Positions 34,199 through 42,840 of a stretch of 44,904 bases of DNA are shown here, piece by piece. Below the pieces are notes generated by a model. That model did no database searches. It had not been told where the DNA came from and saw only the letters and a program-made list of their open reading frames with translations. Positions within the stretch are counted from its first letter, which is position 1. Every line of letters begins with the position of its first letter. A program made the translations under genes and the position numbers. The stretch is from an uncultured Ignavibacteriota bacterium (GTDB lineage: Bacteria; Bacteroidota; Ignavibacteria; UBA10030; UBA8401): NCBI GenBank assembly GCA_903907305.1, contig CAIVNT010000208.1, positions 1-44,904 on the forward strand, read 5' to 3'.

Positions 34199-35020
34199 TT
34201 ACCAGGCGGTCCAGCCGCCGTCCACAACTAGATTTGCTCCGGTCATATAATTTGATGCATCACTCGCGAGAAAGACCAGCGCTCCTTTATAATCCGACGG
34301 TTCAGCCATCCGTCCCAGCGGAGTCCGCTTGGAATAATTCTTCACAAAATATTCTTCCTGTCCTGCGCATACTCCGCCGGGACACAGAGCATTCACACGG
34401 ACTCCTTTGTTTCCCCAATACGCTGCAAGATATTTTGTAAAGGAGATCACCGCACCTTTTGTGGCGGGATATGAAGGCGATTTGAAGAACGGCTGCGTTC
34501 CATCCGGACGAAGATACAATGATTGATCAGGAGCGACGAGTCCGTATGTGGAAGCGACATTGATGATGCTTCCGGTGCCGCGCTCCGCCATGACGGAACC
34601 GAGCACCTGAGAACAGAGGAACATTCCGGTGACATTCACATCGAATGAGCGCTGCCACAGTTCGAGCGGATAGGATTCGAATTTTGATTGCTCGGCGGCG
34701 GATTCCGGTGATTCGAATTTGTCGTTGATGGCAGCGTTGTTCACGATGATATCGATGTAATCGAAGAAACCGAGAACACTCGAACGTAATTGTTCAACGG
34801 AAGAGCGCTGAGTGATATCCGCACCGATGCCGAGTGTTTTTGCTCCGGTGTTCAGGTTCAATTCATGCGCGAATTCAACACAAGCTTCGGCGTTCACATC
34901 CGTTACGACCACGTGTGCACCTGCTTCGGCGAGTGCATAACAATGCTGTCTGCCGATCAGGCCGAGGGCACCGGTGATAATGGCAACTTTTTCATTCAGC
35001 GAAAACATCTCCATCGTCAT
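34199..35020 (-). CDS. Short-chain dehydrogenase/reductase (PtmA-like SDR)
   Basis: TGALGLIG cofactor motif, NNAA, and the S...YxxxK triad (YPATK). Confidence 0.9.
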   Translation of the reverse strand: MTMEMFSLNEKVAIITGALGLIGRQHCYALAEAGAHVVVTDVNAEACVEFAHELNLNTGAKTLGIGADITQRSSVEQLRSSVLGFFDYIDIIVNNAAINDKFESPESAAEQSKFESYPLELWQRSFDVNVTGMFLCSQVLGSVMAERGTGSIINVASTYGLVAPDQSLYLRPDGTQPFFKSPSYPATKGAVISFTKYLAAYWGNKGVRVNALCPGGVCAGQEEYFVKNYSKRTPLGRMAEPSDYKGALVFLASDASNYMTGANLVVDGGWTAW

Positions 35021-36351
35021 ACCGCCTTCTTCGGTTTCATGTTGAAGTTGCTCGTCTTCCGAAAGACCGGTTCCACCGGCTCGCCGCGGAGCATCGAACG
35101 GACATTCTTTCCGTCGACCGCCGACTTCAGCATCGGCAGGATCTCACGGTAGGCCGATAATGTGTATTCGATATCGGCATCGGTATGGGAGAGGCTCATA
35201 TTGTGGAATCCGGTCCACAGGATGCCGCGTTTGATCAGTTCCTGTTGGACGAATGACTTCATTTCGAGAGGATTACCGAATGACGCATCGAATGTGACGA
35301 TGGTTCGACAGCCGAATCCGGAACAGCGTGCGAACGATACACCGTGGTCATCCGCGATCTGATTGAACGCATGCTTCAGTTTGGTCCCCTGTGCAGCGAG
35401 ATATTCAGGGACGCGCCGGTCCAGCAATTCATGGATCGTCGTCTGCGCTGCGGCAAGGGAGAGCGCTTCACCGCCGAATGTGGTAAAGAAAAATACTTCC
35501 TTTTCCAACAACTGCATCACATCGGCTCTGCCGGTAAGGATAGAAAGGGGCATACCGTTCGCCACCGCTTTGGAGAAGCACGCCAGATCGGCTTTCACGC
35601 CGAAATATTCCTGCGCTCCGCCGACGGCCAGCCGGAATCCCGTCCACATCTCGTCGAAGATGAGCAGTGTGCCGTTTTGTGTGCAGACCTCTTTCAGTTT
35701 GTGGAGAAAATTATCTTTCGGTGCTTCGAAGACAATTGGTTCAAGGATGATACATGCCGTATCACTGTCGATGGAATCGATCACTGATTGAATGTCGTTG
35801 TAATTAAAAGTGTATGTCAGATCCTGCGTCTGCTGAGGAATGCCTTTGTTCCGGTCTGTGACGCCGATATACCAGTCATGCCATCCGTGATATCCACAGC
35901 AGAGCACTTTATTCCTTCCGGTGAATGCGCGAGCCAGGCGGACGGCCGCTGTTGTCACATCGCATCCTGTTTTACTGAAGCGGATGCTTTCGGCATTGGG
36001 AACGACCGTGCGGACGAGTTCAGCCACTTCCACTTCCAGCGGATGCATCAAAGAAAATGTGATACCGTCCTCAAGCTGACGTTTGATGGCATCATTTACG
36101 GGTCCATAGGAATATCCCAGCGACAGAGGACCGACACCCATAGTAAAATCAAGGAATTCATTTCCGTCCACATCCCATACATGCGAACCTTTGCCGCGGG
36201 AAAGATATTTCGGTGCGACCCCTTTCACATATTGGCCGGGACCTTTCGCGAGCGTCTGTGTGACTGCGGGAATGAGTCCGAGAGCACGGATGTAGAGTTC
36301 ATCGGACTGTTCTATGACGGGATACTCTTTATTGAATGCGACAATATTCAT
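35017..36351 (-). CDS. Class-III (HemL / glutamate-1-semialdehyde-aminomutase-like) PLP aminotransferase
   Basis: GSHVWDVDGNEFLDF, FDEMWTGFR, and the PLP lysine in FSKAVANGMP. Confidence 0.9.
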   Translation of the reverse strand: MNIVAFNKEYPVIEQSDELYIRALGLIPAVTQTLAKGPGQYVKGVAPKYLSRGKGSHVWDVDGNEFLDFTMGVGPLSLGYSYGPVNDAIKRQLEDGITFSLMHPLEVEVAELVRTVVPNAESIRFSKTGCDVTTAAVRLARAFTGRNKVLCCGYHGWHDWYIGVTDRNKGIPQQTQDLTYTFNYNDIQSVIDSIDSDTACIILEPIVFEAPKDNFLHKLKEVCTQNGTLLIFDEMWTGFRLAVGGAQEYFGVKADLACFSKAVANGMPLSILTGRADVMQLLEKEVFFFTTFGGEALSLAAAQTTIHELLDRRVPEYLAAQGTKLKHAFNQIADDHGVSFARCSGFGCRTIVTFDASFGNPLEMKSFVQQELIKRGILWTGFHNMSLSHTDADIEYTLSAYREILPMLKSAVDGKNVRSMLRGEPVEPVFRKTSNFNMKPKKAV

Positions 36352-36362
36352 AGTACTCCTGA

Positions 36363-37325
36363 TTAGATGATCGGCTCGACTTGAGTTTCAAAAACATGGA
36401 AGTCGATTCCTTGTTCCAATTGATTGAGATGAACGATCACTCTTGCGGCGATCTGTTCACCGGTGAAACCTTCATACGTGAGTACATCGTGCAGGAGCGC
36501 AGGTTTGAACCACTGATGTTCTAGTGCGATGGGGAGAACATACGCCGTAACAGAATGCTTCAGGAATAATTCTCCAATGATGGAGAATAATCCTCCCGAT
36601 ACGAAATGATCTTCAACCGTAACGATCAATGCGCATTCTTTCGCTGCAGACAGGATCACTTTTTCATCGATCGGTTTCACCGTCCGCAGATTGATGAAGC
36701 GGACAGAGAAACCTTTCTTTTCTAGAATCTTCTTTGCGAACCACGTTTCGCGGTTCATGAATCCATACGTGATGAATGCGATATCCATTCCGTCGCCGAG
36801 CACTTCCGCTTTCCCGATTGCGAACGGTTCGTAATGTTTTTCCACCGGCTGCTGAGTGGTGTAGCGGATATACCACGGGGAAGGATCGTCCACGATCGAA
36901 GGAAGTCCTGAAATAAGTTCTTCGTGATCTGCAGGACAGAAGACCTTCATGTTCGGGATACCGCGCATCAGGGAAACATCCTCGATCGCCTGATGGGTCG
37001 GACCGTTTGCTTCGGAGAGGAATCCGGGAACTCCACCGACAATCTTCACCGGAAGGTTTCCTATTCCGACATCCGTGCGGATAAATTCGAATGCTCTCAG
37101 CGTAAGAAAGGTTGCCAGTGCATGCACGATCGGCACTCGACCCCGAAGTGCCAACCCTGCGGCTGCACCGATCATCGTCTGTTCGGTGATACCGACATCG
37201 ATGAAGCGATTCCCTAAAATTTTCGGCAGATTGCGGATGGCAGCGCGGTTTTCGGCTGTCATCACGACCAGACGTTCATCCCGCGCAGCGATCTCCTGCA
37301 GTTTCTCTTCATAGTTCATCTTCAT
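36363..37325 (-). CDS. Transketolase, C-terminal (pyrimidine-binding plus C-terminal domain) subunit
   Basis: FIDVGITEQTMIGAAAGLAL, GPTHQAIEDVSLMR and RTVKPID. Confidence 0.9.
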   Translation of the reverse strand: MKMNYEEKLQEIAARDERLVVMTAENRAAIRNLPKILGNRFIDVGITEQTMIGAAAGLALRGRVPIVHALATFLTLRAFEFIRTDVGIGNLPVKIVGGVPGFLSEANGPTHQAIEDVSLMRGIPNMKVFCPADHEELISGLPSIVDDPSPWYIRYTTQQPVEKHYEPFAIGKAEVLGDGMDIAFITYGFMNRETWFAKKILEKKGFSVRFINLRTVKPIDEKVILSAAKECALIVTVEDHFVSGGLFSIIGELFLKHSVTAYVLPIALEHQWFKPALLHDVLTYEGFTGEQIAARVIVHLNQLEQGIDFHVFETQVEPII

Positions 37326-38179
37326 CTCACCATAAGTGTTTCGGATGTTAGGATGCTTTCCTTCTCTCCGTGCAATTCATCAAGGAGCATTTCTACTTCT
37401 TCCGCCGTGAAGTTGACGAACCAACGGTCCGCCCGCCGCTCGATGCTCGGCAGTCCTTTTCCACGGACAGTATCTGCGATCACCACGCTCGGCTGATCGG
37501 TGCTGAACGGAAGCCGAGAAAAGGTCTGCTCCATCTGATCAAAATCATGTCCGTTGATCCTCTTTACCCAGCAGCCGAAAGCCTTGAATTTTTTGTCGAT
37601 GGATTCCAGAGGAATGAGTTCTTCCGTTCGGATGTTCGCCTGGAATTCATTCCTGTCGACGATGATCACCAGATTGTCCAGCTTGTACGCACTGGCAACA
37701 AGCAGACCTTCCCATATCGTCCCTTCGTTCAGCTCACCGTCACCCACAATCACAAAGACCTTCCCTTCACCCTGTTTCATTTTAATATCGAGCGCGATAC
37801 CGATACCGACGGAAAGCAGATGACCGAGCGAACCGGAGTGGAATTCAACACCGGGCACGGCACGGTTCGGGTGCCAGTAGATGGAATCATTCGTTTTCAA
37901 ATGATTGGCAAGCCGTTCTTTTTCGATGAAACCGAGTTCAGCGAATGTTCCATACAGCGCCGGAACATCGTGTCCTTTGGACAGCAGCAGATAATCCCTT
38001 GACGGATCGTTGAGATTCTCCGGAGAGATATTCAGCGTCTCGGAGTACAGATAGACCAGCAGGTCGGCGCAGGAGAGTGAGGCACCGATGAAGCATCCTC
38101 CGTTGGTCGCCATACCGATGATATGTTCGCGTACGCGGAGCGCCAGCAGTTCAAGTTCGATCGTGCGTTGTTCGTTCAT
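37322..38179 (-). CDS. Transketolase, N-terminal (TPP-binding) subunit
   Basis: LSKGH, SGSLGHLLSVGIG, and the GDGELNEG TPP/Mg motif. Has a 4-nt overlap with the C-terminal subunit gene. Confidence 0.9.
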   Translation of the reverse strand: MNEQRTIELELLALRVREHIIGMATNGGCFIGASLSCADLLVYLYSETLNISPENLNDPSRDYLLLSKGHDVPALYGTFAELGFIEKERLANHLKTNDSIYWHPNRAVPGVEFHSGSLGHLLSVGIGIALDIKMKQGEGKVFVIVGDGELNEGTIWEGLLVASAYKLDNLVIIVDRNEFQANIRTEELIPLESIDKKFKAFGCWVKRINGHDFDQMEQTFSRLPFSTDQPSVVIADTVRGKGLPSIERRADRWFVNFTAEEVEMLLDELHGEKESILTSETLMVR

Positions 38180-38185
38180 AATCCT

Positions 38186-38989
38186 CTAGGTAAGTTGTTT
38201 CGTCTCGGCAGCGGAGACGGTTCGCAGTTCACCGATATGGTGGCGGTACCAATTCACTCCGGCGTACCGCGCATTGATCTCGTGGATCTCCGGTTTCAGT
38301 TTCAATAAGGTCAGGATCTCGTGCATGGAGAAGTTCGGACGAAGTCTGTCCCACAGTTCATCATATACCGTTTTGATGAATTCGTAATCCTCTTGAAAAT
38401 CGATCGTCCACCGGTGCGTCATAGAATAATTCAGATCGAGTTCCCATTCCACATTCCCGAGTTTGAACAGTTCGGGATGCTCCCAGATGTACGGGGTCGT
38501 ATGTTCGCGTTCGTAATTCTTTTTAGCGACACGCCAGGCGGTCTCGAGTGTTTCAAATGTCATCAATTCCACATCGTTGCCGTCGGGATAGGTTGCGGGA
38601 TGCAGGTTGCTGACGAAATCAAATCGGCGCATGGAATTCCTCTGGAACCGAAGTATACAGTCGATCACCGCGGGATCGATCAGGGGACAGTCCGACGGGA
38701 TCTTCACCACAATGTCCGCCTGTTCCAGTTTTGCCGCCTGATAGTGTCTGTCCAGAAGATCGGTCGGATGGCCGCTGAAACATTTCACGCCGAGTTTGCG
38801 GCACAGTTTTCTGATCGGTTCGTCGGACCGGTCCGTGGTCGTGGCAACGATGATCTCTGCGGTACCCGAGATGCACCTTACACGTTCGATCATCCTTTGC
38901 AGCAGCGGGGCGCGGGCAAGCGGCAGCAACACCTTGTTGGGAAGGCGTGTCGATCCGGTCCGTGCCTGTATAATAATGAGTGTCTTCAT
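38186..38989 (-). CDS. SpsF-type cytidylyltransferase (CTP_transf_3 family)
   Basis: IIIQARTGSTRLPNKVLLPL N-terminal nucleotide-binding motif; length about 267 aa, as for SpsF-like proteins. Confidence 0.85.
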   Translation of the reverse strand: MKTLIIIQARTGSTRLPNKVLLPLARAPLLQRMIERVRCISGTAEIIVATTTDRSDEPIRKLCRKLGVKCFSGHPTDLLDRHYQAAKLEQADIVVKIPSDCPLIDPAVIDCILRFQRNSMRRFDFVSNLHPATYPDGNDVELMTFETLETAWRVAKKNYEREHTTPYIWEHPELFKLGNVEWELDLNYSMTHRWTIDFQEDYEFIKTVYDELWDRLRPNFSMHEILTLLKLKPEIHEINARYAGVNWYRHHIGELRTVSAAETKQLT

Positions 38990-40050
38990 GATCTCTGCGG
39001 GAACAAGCGTAAGAATTTCGACGGATAGTTCGTCCGGAAGAATCCTTTGAAAAGCCGGTTCTTCGGCTGTTTGAAGTGAAGGATGTTGGTGTGCGGAAGA
39101 TCGAGCACCTGTCTGCAGACATCGGCAATATTCAGTGCTGCACAGTTGTTTTGGATCGGCGTCAGCCGTTTCAGCATCTCCACCGGGAAATTTGAATACA
39201 CTTCTTTACCGAGAGCGAGACCAACGTAGACCGTTGAAGAGAATTGCGTGATGAGCACATCGCAGTTCGCGATCATTTCTTCAGCACTGCCGGAGGAGAA
39301 GACGAGCGCTTCCGGCGCATATTTATTGATCTCGGCTGTTGCGCGTTTCTCGTTCTCGTTCGGATGCAGTTTGAAGATGAGGATCCGTCCGATCGCTTTT
39401 TCCAACGCATCGAGGATGACCGCTTTCCGATTCTCAAATTTCACCGTCTCACGGGAATCGGAAGTACAGACGAGTACAAAATTCTTGTGTGGAAATGAGT
39501 TGTTCAAATATTTGGCGCAGTTGTCAAAATTCGGTATGCCGGTCACGGTCAATTTATCAGAGGCAACCCCTTTGCGGATGAAGAGATCCTTGTATCCTTC
39601 GCTGGCTACACAGAATTTTATATAGGCATCGCTGAGTCCCATCGCCGACGTGCTCGCGGACCATCGCGGCATCAAATGAAGCTTTACCAGATAATACGCC
39701 CAATTCTCGGGATCGGTCATCCCTTCCTGAACGAGAACGATCTTTTTCTTCCTGATATTCTTCGGAACAACGAGATCCGCACACGTCACCACGAGGTCAT
39801 AATGATGCTTCTCTCCACGGAAATCCGCAGCAAGGTCATGCTCTTCAAGATACTCCAGACAGCGTTCAGTGAACCTTCTGCTCATGATCGTCATTTCCGT
39901 CAACCCGATTCTGCGCATAAACTCCACATGACCGCTCGCATAGTATGGCGTGAAGTAACACTCGAATTCTTCCGAGAGATGTTCCGATATTTGATGCATC
40001 TGGGTCGTTTGATTTCGCGAACCGCAGATGAAAAGAATTTTCTTCTTCAT
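38986..40050 (-). CDS. GT-B-fold transferase, TagF-like (CDP-glycerol glycerophosphotransferase family-like)
   Basis: FVLVCTSDSRE (compare LYAPTwR), IFKLHPNE (the K.HP motif) and CDVLITQFSSTVYVG (compare DvLITDYSS). Called from motif resemblance only. Confidence 0.5.
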   Translation of the reverse strand: MKKKILFICGSRNQTTQMHQISEHLSEEFECYFTPYYASGHVEFMRRIGLTEMTIMSRRFTERCLEYLEEHDLAADFRGEKHHYDLVVTCADLVVPKNIRKKKIVLVQEGMTDPENWAYYLVKLHLMPRWSASTSAMGLSDAYIKFCVASEGYKDLFIRKGVASDKLTVTGIPNFDNCAKYLNNSFPHKNFVLVCTSDSRETVKFENRKAVILDALEKAIGRILIFKLHPNENEKRATAEINKYAPEALVFSSGSAEEMIANCDVLITQFSSTVYVGLALGKEVYSNFPVEMLKRLTPIQNNCAALNIADVCRQVLDLPHTNILHFKQPKNRLFKGFFRTNYPSKFLRLFPQRS

Positions 40051-41147
40051 ATGGATGATGGTAATGATGATCGTTCTGTGATCGACACCGGTTCGACCGG
40101 AAGGGTGGAATGACCGTTCTGGGCGCGAGATTCCTCAAGCGCTCCCTGTGTCGCCGCAAGAATCACTCCGACGATCACCCAAAAAAGTTCTTTCATGCGT
40201 TTGATTACAATAAATGCAGCGATGAATGTCCCGGCAGACACGGCATCAATTCCCTGAAAGGCTGCGGAGTAACCTGCATCCATCACCCCGATTCCTGCCG
40301 GAATAAAGAAGGCAACAGAGCGTAACAATGACACGACCGGCTCAAAGACCATAATGGAACCGAGTGCCACAGGTGCATGTACGGCAAAGAGGATCGTCCA
40401 TGTTTCGAGCATTTCCGTTGTCCAGCCGCAGAAGAAGAATATGCATGCGCTCAATCCTTCCTTCTTCCGGTGTGCGATAGAGTCCTTGATGACCCGGTCT
40501 GTTTCAATCAACAAATTTTTATGAGTGCCGAGGAATTGGACCAGAGCCGGTATTGGAATCCTTTGCAGCATACTGAACAAGAAGGAACCCAATCTTCCCA
40601 TTGACAAAAAATATCCCGTGATGCCAAAGAGAAGAAGCAGCGATACACTCAACACAACACCGACAGCTGTCATCATACCGGTCATGGTGCTGCCGAACAG
40701 GATGATCCCCGCCAGCACAGCAAGACCGATATAGAGTGCTTGTGCGATTCCCATGAACATTTTCCTCAAGAGAAGACTGGAGATGATCTCGGGGGTGCCG
40801 AGTGATGAGTACCGTTTCACCAATATCACTTTCACGGATTCACCGATGACCACGCCCGCGGGAATGAAACGGTAGAATGATTCTCCTGCGATATGGATCA
40901 TCAGTAGGCGGAGGAACGGAATGGTATTGATTGAACTATGAAGGATGATACGCCACGCAAGAGTATCGCACAGTGCGCCGATGAGGTAAAAAGAAAGAAG
41001 CAGGGGAGCGATTGCGCCGACATCGGAGATAAGTCCGGCGGTTTCTGTTAGATTAATATTCCGGAAGACGAACAACAGCAGGAGCGATCCCGTAAGGAGC
41101 GGCGCTGTGCGTAGAATGAATGTCGTTACAGTCGATCGATTGTTCAC
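40047..41147 (-). CDS. UPF0104 / lysyl-phosphatidylglycerol-synthase-TM-like ('flippase-like') integral membrane protein
   Basis: About 8 TM helices; AWRIIL...IAGESFYRFIPAGVVIGESVKV pattern of the family. GTG start. Confidence 0.6.
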   Translation of the reverse strand: MNNRSTVTTFILRTAPLLTGSLLLLFVFRNINLTETAGLISDVGAIAPLLLSFYLIGALCDTLAWRIILHSSINTIPFLRLLMIHIAGESFYRFIPAGVVIGESVKVILVKRYSSLGTPEIISSLLLRKMFMGIAQALYIGLAVLAGIILFGSTMTGMMTAVGVVLSVSLLLLFGITGYFLSMGRLGSFLFSMLQRIPIPALVQFLGTHKNLLIETDRVIKDSIAHRKKEGLSACIFFFCGWTTEMLETWTILFAVHAPVALGSIMVFEPVVSLLRSVAFFIPAGIGVMDAGYSAAFQGIDAVSAGTFIAAFIVIKRMKELFWVIVGVILAATQGALEESRAQNGHSTLPVEPVSITERSSLPSSI

Positions 41148-41265
41148 GGAAACAAATCTACACAGAACGTATTACCTGTGAATGACCGCGGAGTGAATAA
41201 ACCGTAAATGCAGCGTTAAGGTTCTGTGTCGGTACAGTAAAGAAAGTTTTGCCGACGGAACGCCG

Positions 41266-41802
41266 CTATTGATTCTTATACAAACGGAAGATATCCTTAT
41301 CAAGGTGTTGGGCCTCGAGGATCATATCGCATACTTCGCGGACACAGCCTTCGCCCCCCTTGCGTTCGGTGACATAACGTGCGATTCGTTTATTCCATCG
41401 GCTTCCGTCCGCGGGTGTTGCGGAAAATCCGGCGGAGGCCATCACCTCAAGGTCGTTAATGTCATCGCCGATATATGCGATCTCATTCCATTCCAGCGAA
41501 TATTTTATCTTCATCTTTTCCACAATCTTGATCTTATTCCGCACCCCTTGATATAAATTGTGGATTTTCAGTTTCTTTGCACGAAGACGGACGATCTCCG
41601 TCTCTTCGCTGGTGACAATGGCGGTAATCAATCCCGCATACCGCAGCAGGGTCAGACCCATTCCGTCCCGCGTGGAGAATTTCTTTTGTTCTATACCATT
41701 CTCACTGTAATACATGCCGGCATCGGTAAGCACGCCGTCCACATCGGTCACGAGAAGCCGTATCTGTTTCAATCGTTTGCTGAGTGATGGAGTGAGAGCC
41801 AT
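41266..41802 (-). CDS. KdsC/YrbI-family HAD-IIIA sugar-acid-phosphate phosphatase
   Basis: LLVTDVDGVLTD (DxDGV), TSE, and YIGDDINDLEVM...G. The ATG at 41802 is preferred over the 41847 track start. Confidence 0.85.
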   Translation of the reverse strand: MALTPSLSKRLKQIRLLVTDVDGVLTDAGMYYSENGIEQKKFSTRDGMGLTLLRYAGLITAIVTSEETEIVRLRAKKLKIHNLYQGVRNKIKIVEKMKIKYSLEWNEIAYIGDDINDLEVMASAGFSATPADGSRWNKRIARYVTERKGGEGCVREVCDMILEAQHLDKDIFRLYKNQ

Positions 41803-41827
41803 GGATCGTTCCTTTGGGAATGAGCTA

Positions 41828-42736
41828 TTATTGTCGTTTGGCAACATGGTATTTCCGTTGTTGCGGTGCGTTCACGCTGACAGCGGTATGTTCAATCTCT
41901 TTCGTTCCGATATGCAAAAGATTGAATTTGCGTTCGGACAGGTCATTCGGAAACATTGTCCCGCCCGCATTCAGGAAGGAGATCTTCTTCCGGTGATAAT
42001 GATGATGATGGTGTAAATGTCCGTGCAGCACCCGGGCGACGGACGATGCATGGAACAATTTAAATAAACGCTTCTTATTCCACAGTTTCATCGTGCTCGA
42101 CTCGATGGCGTGCCATAGCCGTTCAAGATTTCCCGCCGCCTTCTTGGCTTCCATCTTGTTGAAGTGGTGATGGATCAACACGAGTACCGTTTTCCCTTTC
42201 AGCATCTCCCCCGAGAAGATCTCATCGAGTTTCTTCAGCTGCTGTTTTCCCACATCGCCGTTGGAGCCGAGAGGATTTGTCAGTGAGTTCCATTGTGCAA
42301 CGGAATTAATCCCGACCAAAGCGACATCCTTTACCATCTTTACGAATGGAAAGATTGATCCGTTCGAGACATACTTACATCCTTCAAAGGTCTCGTGGAA
42401 TGCGGTGGTAAATTCTTTCACCTTCGATTCATAATCGGTCTTCCTGCAGAATCCCGGGAATGTCAGCACATCTTCGGCATAATACGGCCCGCCGAAAATA
42501 TCGTGGTTGCCGATGGTGACGGTCAGCTTTGCAGGATCAAGATATCCGCATTCACGCAGGATGGAACGTGCGTGGGCGAATTCTTTCGGCTTTGCCTGAT
42601 TGGTGATGTCGCCGGTGATGACGATGTGATCGACCGCGAGGGTCTTGCAGGTGTTGAGGATCTCATAGAATATCTCGGTCCGTTCCGGAAAATGGTCGGG
42701 ACTGAGATGGAGATCGGAAAGATGGGCAATTCGCAT
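41828..42736 (-). CDS. Calcineurin-like metallophosphoesterase
   Basis: MRIAHLSDLH, ITGDITN, GNHD, and the C-terminal LHGHLHHHHH His cluster. Confidence 0.8.
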   Translation of the reverse strand: MRIAHLSDLHLSPDHFPERTEIFYEILNTCKTLAVDHIVITGDITNQAKPKEFAHARSILRECGYLDPAKLTVTIGNHDIFGGPYYAEDVLTFPGFCRKTDYESKVKEFTTAFHETFEGCKYVSNGSIFPFVKMVKDVALVGINSVAQWNSLTNPLGSNGDVGKQQLKKLDEIFSGEMLKGKTVLVLIHHHFNKMEAKKAAGNLERLWHAIESSTMKLWNKKRLFKLFHASSVARVLHGHLHHHHHYHRKKISFLNAGGTMFPNDLSERKFNLLHIGTKEIEHTAVSVNAPQQRKYHVAKRQ

Positions 42737-42840
42737 TTCGGAGTTCTCTGTCAATGACGGGGATAAGATACATCCTGTTTGTCATGAACAGATTATCCAA
42801 ATATTATTATACGATGAAGTAACCGGATCGCGTAACGGTG

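Noticed and set aside
38321-39028. 235-aa plus-strand ORF antisense to the SpsF-type cytidylyltransferase. Similar cases: 35788-36366, 37370-38002, 39676-40113, 15376-15975, 15893-16567
   Set aside because: All are shadows of confidently assigned minus-strand genes inside a tightly packed operon. None has independent start or RBS support or motif evidence.
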